A DNA stretch of 64,000 bases from Candidatus Uhrbacteria bacterium (GTDB taxonomy: Bacteria; Patescibacteriota; Patescibacteriia; UBA9934; GWF2-40-263). A program made the translations under genes and the position numbers. Positions 1 through 9,299 of the stretch are shown piece by piece. A model generated the notes under the pieces. The model worked only from the letters and a program-made list of their open reading frames with translations. It was not told where the DNA came from and ran no database searches. The DNA is taken from the NCBI GenBank assembly GCA_016844925.1, contig JAERTI010000056.1:6978-70977 (forward strand). Reading direction: 5' to 3'. The first letter of the stretch is position 1, and every line of letters begins with the position of its first letter.

Positions 1-1710
1 GCGGAGTACGTCGAGAGCTGGAACAGCGGGATCAACGAGGAGATCTCTCTGCTCGTCAGCGCTCCGGACCCCGTCGAGCTCTTCGGTGTGGTGACATCGA
101 ACTACCGCGTGTCCGTGCAGGATTCCGAGGTGCTGTTCGGCCGCAAGGATGTGTGGGACCCGGCCTGGGTGGCCTACGGCCCCACCGATCACCTGATCGA
201 TGAGGTTCCGTCCCCCATGGAGGCCGAGCGCCTCGAGGCTGCTGACCAGAAGTGGCCGGCAGCGCAGATCTACGCCGCACACGGCGACTACGTGAGTGCG
301 AACCGCTGCGCCCAGAAGCTCTTCGACGAGGGGAGCTACAAGGTGGCGGCCATGACGGCCGTGCTCACCGGCGACACGGAGATGATGACCAAGGCCACGA
401 CCGTCATGGTCGAAGCGCGGTACATCACCAAGACCTTCGACGTCATCCGCTACGCCATCGAGCAAGGCAGGCCCCAGGCGGCGCGGCACATCGTCGACGC
501 CCACGGGTTCGACCTGCTGGAGGTGACCGACGAGTACGCCGTGCGCCAGCTCGCCATCGCGGGCGATGGGTCGCTCCTGCCCCCGTTCATCGAGGCCAAC
601 CTCGAGAGCTGGGAGGCGGGCGGAGACCTGTCGCACCCGCACGGCGCTGAGACCATCGTGGCGGACATCGCCATGCTGGGACGGACGGACAAGGAAGCGG
701 CTCGCGGCTACGCGGCTCGCTATCTGCGTCTGGAGCACGCCAACGTGCTGATCTGGGTTCACTGCGGGGAAGGCTGCTACGCCTCGCCCATGCAGGGGAC
801 GATCGAGCTCTACGAGCTTATCAAGCACGACTCGGAGCTCAAGCAGCTCTACATCGACCGAACGCGGAAGTTCGTGGACGAGGCCTGGCCTGTTCCCGCT
901 CTGGACGAGTACGGTGAGGTCGAGAACCTGCCCGCGCAGGTTATTGCCGGTGAGCACGTGGGGAACATGTACGGCGGCTGGAGCACGGGCATGTGGGGTG
1001 GTGACGACATCTACTACGAAACCTCCCTTCTCTACACGCTCCTGATGAACGTTCATCAGAGTGGCGACGCGGACCTGATCCGACTGTGGACCGAGCTGCT
1101 CACCAGCTTCGGTCAGCGATCGGTGGCGGGGTTCGAGGACTCCACTCTCGCCTTCGAGCGGGAGATGGGTCGCGGGATCCTGGGACAGCCGGTCAACACC
1201 GACGCCCCGGACCTGACGCTCATCGAGCGCTACCTGCTCTCGAACATGCTTGGCAGGCCTGCCCCGGACCTCTCTGGTCTGTGGCAGGAGCTCGAGGATC
1301 CGACGAGCCGTACGCACTCCGACACCATGCATTCCCTGCAGTGGATGGTCAGCATGCTGCTGAAGGGGAGGGTCAACGACTCGGCCCGGACGCAGATCGT
1401 GGATCGCTACAGCCTGAACCTCGCCGAGGATGATTCCGGTGAGGGACGGATTAGCAGTCTGTTCCAGGTGGCGCTGAAGTCCAAGTACGGCAAGTCCTAC
1501 TCCTTGGAGGCGGACCTCGACCGACCCTGGCGTGCTGTGCGCACCAACCAGAGCGCGCTGGACCAGCGGGCGGCGATGGATCTGCCGCAGATCGACCTGT
1601 ACCCGGCCAGCGCCGAGCAGGCTCAGGAGATCCTGGCGCCGCACCTGCAGCGCCTCCAGACGGAGCTGCCCGTGCACTACGCGCGGTACATGGCTAGCCG
1701 CGGCGAGTAG
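1..1710 (+). CDS. Hypothetical protein, 5'-truncated by the window edge (GC3-rich class)
   Basis: Frame 1 is open from base 1 (AEYVESWNSG...) to TAG at 1708-1710. Strong G/C third-position bias. No recognisable family. Confidence 0.75.
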   Translation, partial: AEYVESWNSGINEEISLLVSAPDPVELFGVVTSNYRVSVQDSEVLFGRKDVWDPAWVAYGPTDHLIDEVPSPMEAERLEAADQKWPAAQIYAAHGDYVSANRCAQKLFDEGSYKVAAMTAVLTGDTEMMTKATTVMVEARYITKTFDVIRYAIEQGRPQAARHIVDAHGFDLLEVTDEYAVRQLAIAGDGSLLPPFIEANLESWEAGGDLSHPHGAETIVADIAMLGRTDKEAARGYAARYLRLEHANVLIWVHCGEGCYASPMQGTIELYELIKHDSELKQLYIDRTRKFVDEAWPVPALDEYGEVENLPAQVIAGEHVGNMYGGWSTGMWGGDDIYYETSLLYTLLMNVHQSGDADLIRLWTELLTSFGQRSVAGFEDSTLAFEREMGRGILGQPVNTDAPDLTLIERYLLSNMLGRPAPDLSGLWQELEDPTSRTHSDTMHSLQWMVSMLLKGRVNDSARTQIVDRYSLNLAEDDSGEGRISSLFQVALKSKYGKSYSLEADLDRPWRAVRTNQSALDQRAAMDLPQIDLYPASAEQAQEILAPHLQRLQTELPVHYARYMASRGE

Positions 1711-1741
1711 TCACGAGAAGACGAGTGGGCCCGCGCCCACT

Positions 1742-1778
1742 GACCGATTGCCTCCGGGTGGTCGGTCTTTTCATTTTG
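1742..1778 (+). terminator. Intrinsic terminator
   Basis: GACCGATTGCC-TCCG-GGTGGTCGGTC stem followed by TTTTCATTTT, between convergent genes. Confidence 0.65.
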
Positions 1779-1800
1779 TTAAATAAAAATCTCCCTGAGG

Positions 1801-2382
1801 TCAGGGAGTGAGCGAGAGGCGCGTGCGCACCTGCGCGAGCATCATGCTCACGTAGACGTTGAGGGTTCTGAGCGAACCCGAGTTGTCAATGATGAGGTCC
1901 GTGCGAGCAGCGAGGTGTTCTGTGTCTTGCTCGGTCACGGAGGTGTCGAGGTGTATGAGGTTGGTGAAGGTCATTCCACGCTCGCCAGGTTTTTCCTTGC
2001 GACGCTGGATGCGATCCAGTCGTGTGAAGATACCGGCATGAACGTGAACGTGCACGTACGAGAGAATCGTGCGGTTGAGCACGTCGTTATCGGCCAGGAA
2101 GCGTACGCCATCAAGGACGATGAGTTCCGCGCCAGGATCTGAACGAATCTCATCACAGACCATTCTCGCAATACAGTCTGCGCCGTGTAGAGCCTTGAGC
2201 TCTTCTGCAAGACGCACATAGTCATCCCGCGTGGGGTGTGTGACCCCGCGACCGATCAGAATATGCTTGAGCAGGCCTGAGATGCTGATGTGCCAAAAGC
2301 CATATTGCTCTGCCAGGCGTCTGGCGACGGTTGTTTTTCCAGCCCCAATCCTTCCGGAGAGGCCAATGACGATTTGAGGCAT
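1801..2382 (-). CDS. P-loop nucleoside-monophosphate / dephospho-CoA kinase-like protein
   Basis: IGLSGRIGAGKTT Walker A, LDGVR motif and C-terminal DLIIDNSG. AGGAG SD upstream. Confidence 0.75.
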   Translation of the reverse strand: MPQIVIGLSGRIGAGKTTVARRLAEQYGFWHISISGLLKHILIGRGVTHPTRDDYVRLAEELKALHGADCIARMVCDEIRSDPGAELIVLDGVRFLADNDVLNRTILSYVHVHVHAGIFTRLDRIQRRKEKPGERGMTFTNLIHLDTSVTEQDTEHLAARTDLIIDNSGSLRTLNVYVSMMLAQVRTRLSLTP

Positions 2383-2577
2383 CGTGGCTCTCCTAAGGAT
2401 TGCAGGGAGGTGGTATCATGGATATATCAGAGGTTTTTGTAAAGCTGCAACGTTTTGAAGATTCCTGCGATATAGTTATTGCAAGGTCGAAACGTGACGA
2501 ATTCAGGCACGTCACACTAGGCTCGCGGCAAACCCCCGAATGTCGCGAGCCTGGGCATAGGCTGATTATAGATTCTT

Positions 2578-3210
2578 ATGGAAAATGAATTGGAGGTGAT
2601 TGCTCATGCACAAAAAGACCCGGAGATGTTTGGGAGATTGTACGATACGTACTATCAGCCCATCTTTGGGTTCATGTATAACAGGACTGGAAACGCAGAA
2701 GTGGCAAAGGACCTCACGAGCGAAACATTCTTCCAGGCCTTGAAAAACTTGCATAAGTACAAACCTCGTGAAGGAAGCAAATTTAAATCATGGCTTTTCG
2801 CCATTGGAGTCGCGCAAGTGGGTAACTACTTCCGTAGCCGCTCAAAGGTGCTGGAAGTGAGTACTGATGAAGCTCCGGAGCTCGTAGATCGCGATGAGTT
2901 TAGACCAGACATTGCCTATCAAATGGGTGAGGATGTCGGCGAACTTAAACAGCAGGTTGAGCTTCTGCATCGCGTGATGAAGCAGTTGAACCAAAAACAA
3001 CAAACCATTCTTACACTCAGATACTTTTCCCACATGACCGTGCCGGAGATTGCCTCTACCATGGACATGAAGCAGGGAACGATTAAGTCACATATACACC
3101 GTGCGATAAAAAAGATGCAGACTCTCATGATTGAGAAGACTGCTGTTACCGAAACTACTGAGGAACAAACAACCCTTAAGACCTATGAAGCGCAACCAGC
3201 AAAACATTGA
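2578..3210 (+). CDS. ECF-type RNA polymerase sigma-70 factor
   Basis: Region 2 (AKDLTSETFFQAL...FKSWLFAI) and region 4 HTH (LRYFSHMTVPEIA...GTIKSHIHRA). Confidence 0.92.
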   Translation: MENELEVIAHAQKDPEMFGRLYDTYYQPIFGFMYNRTGNAEVAKDLTSETFFQALKNLHKYKPREGSKFKSWLFAIGVAQVGNYFRSRSKVLEVSTDEAPELVDRDEFRPDIAYQMGEDVGELKQQVELLHRVMKQLNQKQQTILTLRYFSHMTVPEIASTMDMKQGTIKSHIHRAIKKMQTLMIEKTAVTETTEEQTTLKTYEAQPAKH

Positions 3211-3616
3211 AGACCTCCTCGAGCGCATGGGATCCCAGGAGCATCCTGGTGACCCCCAGCACCGCTACGAGCTACGTCGTCAGCTTTTGTGTTCACGCTT
3301 CTTTGAGGATTGTAATCGCCAGAGTCGTTGGGATCGTCTCTTCACCTATACAGCACCGCTCGTTGCTGGTGGGATGATGGTGGGCGTTCTCGTGGTATTT
3401 GCTGCAGCTTGGCCACAGGATACGGCAACCATTCAGCAGCAGGTTGCTTCGCAACCAGTTGCAGAGGCTTCTATGGAGCTTGCAGATATCACGGTTGATG
3501 TAACGGAGTTTGTTTCCGACGCAGAGGCTCCTACCGTGCGACTTGCGGATTTCGAGCAGCAGAATCAGGTTCGTTTCGTTCCTATGCAGCGTAGTCAGGT
3601 CGTTCGAACACAGTAG
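3185..3616 (+). CDS. Putative single-TM anti-sigma factor
   Basis: Overlaps the sigma gene 3' end. Short cytoplasmic N-domain, one TM helix (LVAGGMMVGVLVVFAAAW) and an acidic tail. Start moved to ATG 3185. Confidence 0.55.
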   Translation: MKRNQQNIEDLLERMGSQEHPGDPQHRYELRRQLLCSRFFEDCNRQSRWDRLFTYTAPLVAGGMMVGVLVVFAAAWPQDTATIQQQVASQPVAEASMELADITVDVTEFVSDAEAPTVRLADFEQQNQVRFVPMQRSQVVRTQ

Positions 3617-3693
3617 AATTCATGGACAGTCAAAAGGCTGTTTTTTGTTTCCACAGTCACTGCAACGAAAGCTTGCGTAGTCACATTAGGAGT

Positions 3694-3702
3694 TGATATA
3701 AT
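3694..3702 (+). promoter_or_regulatory. Extended -10 promoter (TGnTATAAT) for the downstream ncRNA
   Basis: TGATATAAT about 6 nt before the closing stem of the structured RNA. Confidence 0.6.
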
Positions 3703-3708
3703 TTAAGT

Positions 3709-3917
3709 GCTCCACGGAACTAATTTGGGCAAACAATTGGCTTAAGGCTTAGAACCGGTTCACCTTGGTGGACCATGAGAGCCTCGCGGTTATCCCCTCG
3801 GGGAGAAGTTATTCAGAACGTCGTATCGGCCCACAAGCTGAACTGATCGTATCTGAGGCGCGCTGTGCTGCGGCACAGGGCCCGACTAGAACCAGCCAAA
3901 TGTAGGGTCGTGGAGTA
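3709..3917 (+). ncRNA. ssrS: Probable 6S RNA (long rod with central bubble)
   Basis: ORF-free ~208 nt. Ends pair (GCTCCACG/CGTGGAGT; ATTTGG/CCAAAT). Inner arm CTTAGA/TCTGAG, CGGTTCA/TGAACTG, CTTG-TGG/CCACAAG. Small hairpin CTGTGC-TGCG-GCACAG on the 3' side of the bubble. Has its own promoter and a downstream terminator-like hairpin. Confidence 0.55.
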
Positions 3918-3918
3918 A

Positions 3919-4044
3919 CAAAAAGCTCCAAAATGAGCGATATTTCAACTCAGTTCTGTGCGCACTCGGTCAACGACCATTTAAGGTCGTCTCCCTCGTG
4001 TGCTCGAACTTCATTGAAATCTCATCTCATTTTGGAGCTTTTTG
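3919..4044. repeat. 126-nt palindromic element with perfect 19-bp terminal inverted repeat
   Basis: CAAAAAGCTCCAAAATGAG (3919-3937) and CTCATTTTGGAGCTTTTTG (4026-4044). Nested stems ATTTCAA/TTGAAAT, AGTTC/GAACT, GCGCAC/GTGTGC and ACGACC/GGTCGT. Confidence 0.8.
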
Positions 4045-4051
4045 ATTCGCC

Positions 4052-4303
4052 TTAGAGTGCGCCTTCTTCGGAGAGGCGTTTTGTTTTGGTTGTTGTTCCA
4101 CGGTTGTAGCCGCCTGGTGTTCCGTCGGATCGGACGACTCGGTGACAGGGGATATCTGGGTCGTAGTTTTTGTTTAAGATGTTTCCGACGGCGCGGTAGG
4201 CCTTGGGTCGACCTGCTGCTTCAGCCACTTCTTTGTAGGTCATGGTTTGGCCTTTTGGAATGTTTCGCACGATCTCGTAGATTACGTCAGAGAAACTGGT
4301 CAT
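4052..4303 (-). CDS. Methylated-DNA-protein-cysteine methyltransferase (MGMT family, C-terminal domain only)
   Basis: IPKGQTMTYKEVA...RAVG...IPCHRVV with the active Cys. Start at 4303 forms an ATGA overlap with the mutY stop. Confidence 0.88.
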   Translation of the reverse strand: MTSFSDVIYEIVRNIPKGQTMTYKEVAEAAGRPKAYRAVGNILNKNYDPDIPCHRVVRSDGTPGGYNRGTTTKTKRLSEEGAL

Positions 4304-5190
4304 AGGGGCAGGGTTAGGCGCGTCTTTGTTTTTTGGAGAAGGTTGTCTTGGCACAAGCGCTTGATCATATATTCGACCCAAGCTTGATCATGTGTTTTAT
4401 CGAACGTCTTGTCGATGAGTGGTCCTATATTCGAGAGGCTTACTTCGTCCTGTTCACGAACAAGCTTAAGTATCCGACCGCGATAGATGCGGTCTGGGTA
4501 GCGTTTATCCCGATGATGACGTTCTTTGCTCTTAGGGGTCGACCGTTTCGGAATACGCACGCGTCCAGAGAGGAACCGCTCTGCTACGGGACAGTCTCGA
4601 CGTAGTGGACACCGCATACATTCTGGCTTCTTTGTGCAGATCATGGTGGCGAGGTCGAAGATTGCCTGTGGGACTTCATAGAAATGACCCCGGTGGGGGA
4701 GGAATGACTCGGCTTCTTTTGCAATACGGTCGTCGTCTTTGAGATCGCTGTAGGGCTTGGCAAGTAGAATGCGCCCGAGAACACGGCGAATGTTTGTATC
4801 GATGGGCATGGTGCGCTTCTTTTGTGCAAACGCACTGACAGCTGCTGCTGTATAAGGTCCAATGCCTTTGATAGATTTCCACTCAGTTTCAGTTTTTGGG
4901 ACGCCATTTTTTGTGACATGGCGAGCCATGTCACGCAGGGCAAGTGCGCGACGATTATAACCAAGGCCTGCCCAGGCACGGATTACTTCTGCATTAGATG
5001 CTGCAGCGAGCTTCTTCCAGGTGGGGAATTGTTTCAGCCAGGACCGGTAATACTTCTTTACACGATCGACTTGTGTCTGCTGCAGCATGATCTCGCTTAC
5101 CAGGATGCGGTAGGGGTTGCGTGTGCGTCGCCATGGTAGGTCTCGGCCGTGACGGCGATACCAGCGCAAGAGTTTTACGGCTCGTGTCAT
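4300..5190 (-). CDS. mutY: A/G-specific adenine glycosylase
   Basis: RDLPWR, VSEIMLQQTQV, WAGLGYNRRA, HhH GIGPYTA and Fe-S motif C-x6-C-x2-C-x5-C. Confidence 0.93.
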   Translation of the reverse strand: MTRAVKLLRWYRRHGRDLPWRRTRNPYRILVSEIMLQQTQVDRVKKYYRSWLKQFPTWKKLAAASNAEVIRAWAGLGYNRRALALRDMARHVTKNGVPKTETEWKSIKGIGPYTAAAVSAFAQKKRTMPIDTNIRRVLGRILLAKPYSDLKDDDRIAKEAESFLPHRGHFYEVPQAIFDLATMICTKKPECMRCPLRRDCPVAERFLSGRVRIPKRSTPKSKERHHRDKRYPDRIYRGRILKLVREQDEVSLSNIGPLIDKTFDKTHDQAWVEYMIKRLCQDNLLQKTKTRLTLPL

Positions 5191-5774
5191 ACCTCGTCGA
5201 GCACGCCAGCTTCTTGGAGCGCGCGGTAATGATCTGGTTTGTATCGGTGTAAGTATTCGACGACCTTCCCACGGACCGGGCTCGCGTCGAGTCCTATGGA
5301 TGCGGCAAAGCGTGCGATGCGATCGTTGGCTTCTTGTTGCTGATCAGCTGACTCGATGAGAAGTTCAATCTCGGCAACGGCGTAATCAAAGTCACAATGA
5401 TCGAGATCTAGCCGGAAGCCATCACGCAGATAACTTCGACGTGCTTTTTCGATTCGGACAAAGGGTCTATATCCAGCGGCTCTGATTTCATCCGTAAGAT
5501 TGTCGCCTGGGAAACCGAACCATTCCGCAATAGACGTGTCATCTTCAAGTTCCTCGTAGGTTGTTGCAAGTCCCTCCCGATATCCACGTCGACCAATTTT
5601 TAACTCCCACTGTCCATTACGTTGGCGGAGCCACACGTCTCGTTTTCCAAGTGTGAGATCCTCTGAATCATAATAGATGTCGATGTTAATCTTCTCATGA
5701 TCAAGGACGGCGCCTTCAACAAGTTTCTGTTCCTGTTCAGCATCAAGACGAAATTTTTGCTCCACTTCAATCAT
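5187..5774 (-). CDS. CYTH-domain protein
   Basis: N-terminal ExExK (IEVEQKF), DIYYD, WLRQR and AEIEL motifs. Confidence 0.85.
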   Translation of the reverse strand: MIEVEQKFRLDAEQEQKLVEGAVLDHEKINIDIYYDSEDLTLGKRDVWLRQRNGQWELKIGRRGYREGLATTYEELEDDTSIAEWFGFPGDNLTDEIRAAGYRPFVRIEKARRSYLRDGFRLDLDHCDFDYAVAEIELLIESADQQQEANDRIARFAASIGLDASPVRGKVVEYLHRYKPDHYRALQEAGVLDEV

Positions 5775-5861
5775 AGGTTTTTTGTGTGCGGATAAATGTT
5801 GATTCCCCTTGGGGCCATACTATCGTAAAATAGAGCGTGATAATGAACAACTTGTTTTTCT

Positions 5862-6995
5862 ATGAAGATTGATCAGAATAAGATTCTCATGGGGGTGGTG
5901 ACACTTCTTGCTGCTGCTGTTGTGGTTTTGGGAGTGATGTTAGTTGCACAAGAGGCACCAGAAGAGAGGCAGCAAATATCCGTTGATGATTCTGTTGATC
6001 GGCATGACCATGATGAAGATGAAGACTCGATAGAGATAGAGGAAGAGAAAGATGAGGTTGAGATCCAAGAGGAGGCGCCGGTCTTTTTTTCAACAATGAC
6101 GCATTTGGAAGGTGACTGGGACTTTGTCGAAGAGCGCGAAGAAGGATTTGATCGCCAGGCAGGATATCTGCGCATGGGCATGGATTATGCTGAGCAGTAT
6201 GACGCCATTTTGACGTTTGAGTCTGAGATGCCATTTGCCAGAGCGATGGTGAAGTGGGATGACAATGTCTTTCAGGAGGCGCTAGACCGAGGGATGGGCA
6301 TTGGTACCCATTGTGACACACGGCCAACAGAGCCACGTTCCGTTGAAGAGTTTGCTGCAGATATCGCAGAGCGCAAGGCGCTTGTCGATGCGGTTGTAGA
6401 TTCTTCGGAGAACCTTGGTTGCGCTGGAGCGGGTGGATTGAATGACTGGTATGGAGGAATGGTCGGTGCTGGATTCAATTATATCAATGGTATTGTGGGA
6501 TTTCATTATCTAGCCATGCCTTTACGCGAGAGGCCGGAAGGTTGGGATAACCGCGCGATTACATCGGAGTACTATCACTACACGGCTCCTGAGGAAGATG
6601 ATCTTCGCTACTACCCGTTTCGTGTGAGCAGTGCAAGTTTCACAGAAGATCCTTCTGGAGAGCTTGTGGTAAGTGCTGGTGACATCGGAGAGATTTCCTC
6701 AATTGGGGACTTGGCTTTGGCCGGTGAAACAGGGTGGGGCGCTGACTGTTCGCCTAACTGTGCCATCGACATGGCGGACGTTGATGCGATTGAAGATGCG
6801 ATCAGAAGCTTTGTTGAGACACGTGACACGAGTCGGGTGGCGAAACTTCAAGTGTATATTTCTACACAAAAGTTTTCTGACCCGGGCATAGAGTTATTTT
6901 TTGAGCGCTTGCAGGCTTTGCAAGATGAAGGAGTGATTCAGTGGGCAAGTCAAAAGGAGGTTTATGAAGCCTTCGTTGAGTGGGAGCGTAACTAA
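5862..6995 (+). CDS. Membrane-anchored acidic protein, possible polysaccharide-deacetylase-like fold
   Basis: N-terminal TM and acidic linker. THLE, LTFE and IGTH motifs loosely resemble CE4/NodB. Confidence 0.5.
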   Translation: MKIDQNKILMGVVTLLAAAVVVLGVMLVAQEAPEERQQISVDDSVDRHDHDEDEDSIEIEEEKDEVEIQEEAPVFFSTMTHLEGDWDFVEEREEGFDRQAGYLRMGMDYAEQYDAILTFESEMPFARAMVKWDDNVFQEALDRGMGIGTHCDTRPTEPRSVEEFAADIAERKALVDAVVDSSENLGCAGAGGLNDWYGGMVGAGFNYINGIVGFHYLAMPLRERPEGWDNRAITSEYYHYTAPEEDDLRYYPFRVSSASFTEDPSGELVVSAGDIGEISSIGDLALAGETGWGADCSPNCAIDMADVDAIEDAIRSFVETRDTSRVAKLQVYISTQKFSDPGIELFFERLQALQDEGVIQWASQKEVYEAFVEWERN

Positions 6996-7033
6996 TTAAA
7001 TTCATCGGAGTTTTTTGCACGTTTGCATTAAGT

Positions 7034-8320
7034 ATGTCAGGAGGACTTTTTAAAAACCGGAAGATGCTAGAGGTAACCGACTTACGTAAGGATGCGTTGT
7101 CGATTATTGAGGCAGGTATGGATGCAGTGCAGACGGATGCGGTTCTTCGAAAAAAGATTTCACGAAAAAATAACAAGCTTGTTGTTGGACGTCGTCAGTA
7201 TCAGTTAGACCGATATCGACGTGTGTTTGTTGTCGGCATTGGAAAGGCTTCACTGGAGGCTGCAGGGGTTCTCGAAGACCTTCTTGGAAACAGAATCACC
7301 GATGGTGTTGTCCTTGATGTGAAACGTGGACCGTTGAAATACCTCAAGAGCGTGAAAGGGAGTCATCCATATCCAAGCTCAGAAAACATTCGTGCTACCG
7401 GAGAGATTGCCGGGATCCTGAAGGGGTTAGACTCTCGAGATTTGCTTATAGCAATCATTTCCGGTGGAGGCTCAGCGCTACTTTGCTGGCCATATAATTT
7501 GGAGTGCGTGGATATCGTTGGGATTACAAAAACACTCATGAAAAAGGGAGCTGAGATTCACGAGTTGAATACGGTACGGAAACATCTTTCAGAGATTCAA
7601 GGAGGTCAATTCGCTCGATTGGCACACCCTGCAACGGTTGTGGGCCTCATCTTTTCTGATGTTCCTGGCGATGACTTATCCATGATCGCATCTGGTCCTA
7701 CGGTCCTTGACCAAACAACGGTGGGAGATGCGGCGCGCATTCTAAAAAAATACAATGTTCTCAAGCACTGCAAGCTCCCTACATGCCAACTAAAAGAAAC
7801 ACCAAAAGATCCCGAGTTGTTTGCTCACGTTCATAATGAATTGATTGTCAGTGGGAGCGATGCGGCCAAGGCAATGAAGCGTCGCAGTCGTGAACTTGGA
7901 TACAAACCACTCATTTTTTCAACCACGCTCGATGGGGAGGCACGTGAGGTGGGTGAGCTTTTAGCTGGACTACCGAAACCAGGACAAGCAGTGATCGCCA
8001 CGGGGGAAACAACGGTAACGGTGCTGCACGATGGCAAGGGTGGTCGTAATCAAGAAGTGGCATTGGGAGCATTAGAGCACGTAAAAGAAGATGGAGTCGT
8101 TGTTTCTTTTGGAAGTGATGGAATTGATAATACCCCTGTGGCAGGAGCGATTGCAGACGCCGTCGTTCGTCGACGTGCTGCTGGCAAAGGCTTGATACCA
8201 GCTGAATATCTTGCCAAGAATCAATCCTATGATTTTTTTCAACAGACAAGATCCTACATACGGACAGGGGTCACAGGAGTGAACGTCTCGGATCTTCTAT
8301 TGTCGATTCGGGCAAAGTAG
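7034..8320 (+). CDS. Glycerate 2-kinase (MOFRL/TtuD family)
   Basis: GIGKAS, ISGGGSAL, SDVPGDD, GETTV, GGRNQE, SDGIDN and TGVNVSD motifs. Confidence 0.92.
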   Translation: MSGGLFKNRKMLEVTDLRKDALSIIEAGMDAVQTDAVLRKKISRKNNKLVVGRRQYQLDRYRRVFVVGIGKASLEAAGVLEDLLGNRITDGVVLDVKRGPLKYLKSVKGSHPYPSSENIRATGEIAGILKGLDSRDLLIAIISGGGSALLCWPYNLECVDIVGITKTLMKKGAEIHELNTVRKHLSEIQGGQFARLAHPATVVGLIFSDVPGDDLSMIASGPTVLDQTTVGDAARILKKYNVLKHCKLPTCQLKETPKDPELFAHVHNELIVSGSDAAKAMKRRSRELGYKPLIFSTTLDGEAREVGELLAGLPKPGQAVIATGETTVTVLHDGKGGRNQEVALGALEHVKEDGVVVSFGSDGIDNTPVAGAIADAVVRRRAAGKGLIPAEYLAKNQSYDFFQQTRSYIRTGVTGVNVSDLLLSIRAK

Positions 8321-8345
8321 CGTATCTTTGCGCCGAATCATTTCT

Positions 8346-9299
8346 ATGCATATAGCCCTTTTAGTCTTCGAGCAAGAGGACGTTAAACTACTTTCTGGTT
8401 CCAAAATGTTCGTGAAGCGTGCGAGGAAAGCCGGTCATCGGGTGAGTATTTTGCGTGAGCGAGAAATTTACGTGGTTTTTAATGGACAGAAAAGGTCTCT
8501 TTATAAAAAAGGAAAACCCATCAAGAAATTTGATGCGGTGGTTGTAAGACCTTCGTTTAAATCAGACCCGTCCATTCACACTTCCCTTATTCGGCAGTTT
8601 GAGCTTGAGGGACAGTTGGTGATCAATCCACACACGGGCGTTCATCGTACAAAGAATAAAATTCGGACACTTCAGCTTTTGCATCACTACGAGATTGCGA
8701 TGCCTAAGACGGTGGTGTTGTTCGGTTCCGATGAGCTTGACCATGTGATGAGTGATTTTAAGTATCCCGTGGTGGTGAAGTCTGCCTATGGAGCTGGTGG
8801 CTCAGGCGTGTTTATTGCTGAGACGAAACGTTCGCTTAAGCCGGTAGTTGAGCATCTGCTGCGAAAGCGAGGAGGAGTTCGTGAGCCTATCAAGATTCAG
8901 GAGTATATTGCTGAGTCAAAGGGGAAAGACTTGCGACTGTTTGTTGTAGGAAAGAATGTTGTTGCGACCATGCAGCGTTCAGCAAAGAAGGGAGATTTTC
9001 GATCGAACTTTCATCAGGGTGGTTCTGTTGAGGGGGTTGAACCGACACAGGAGGAGCGAGAGATGGCTGTTCGTGCAAGCGTCGACCTTGGTCTTGATAT
9101 TTCGGGGGTCGACATTCTTCGAACAAAACGTGGGCCGGTCATTATTGAAGTGAACTCACAGCCAGGCCTTGAGGGGATTACCAAGGCAACAGGTGTTGAT
9201 GTGGCTGGCGCGATCGTGAAGTACGTTGAGCGTCGTGTGAAGCGACGGAAGAAACGCTTGAAGACGGTGAAAGAAAAAAGAAGTGCTGTAGAGGGATAA
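8346..9299 (+). CDS. RimK-family ATP-grasp ligase
   Basis: NKIRT, QEYI..KGKDLR, FRSNFHQGG, GVDIL and EVNSQPG motifs. Confidence 0.9.
   Translation: MHIALLVFEQEDVKLLSGSKMFVKRARKAGHRVSILREREIYVVFNGQKRSLYKKGKPIKKFDAVVVRPSFKSDPSIHTSLIRQFELEGQLVINPHTGVHRTKNKIRTLQLLHHYEIAMPKTVVLFGSDELDHVMSDFKYPVVVKSAYGAGGSGVFIAETKRSLKPVVEHLLRKRGGVREPIKIQEYIAESKGKDLRLFVVGKNVVATMQRSAKKGDFRSNFHQGGSVEGVEPTQEEREMAVRASVDLGLDISGVDILRTKRGPVIIEVNSQPGLEGITKATGVDVAGAIVKYVERRVKRRKKRLKTVKEKRSAVEG

Noticed and set aside
4052-4303. MGMT as an inactive ATL (YbaZ-type) protein
   Set aside because: The active-site Cys is retained (PCHRV, not PWHRV).
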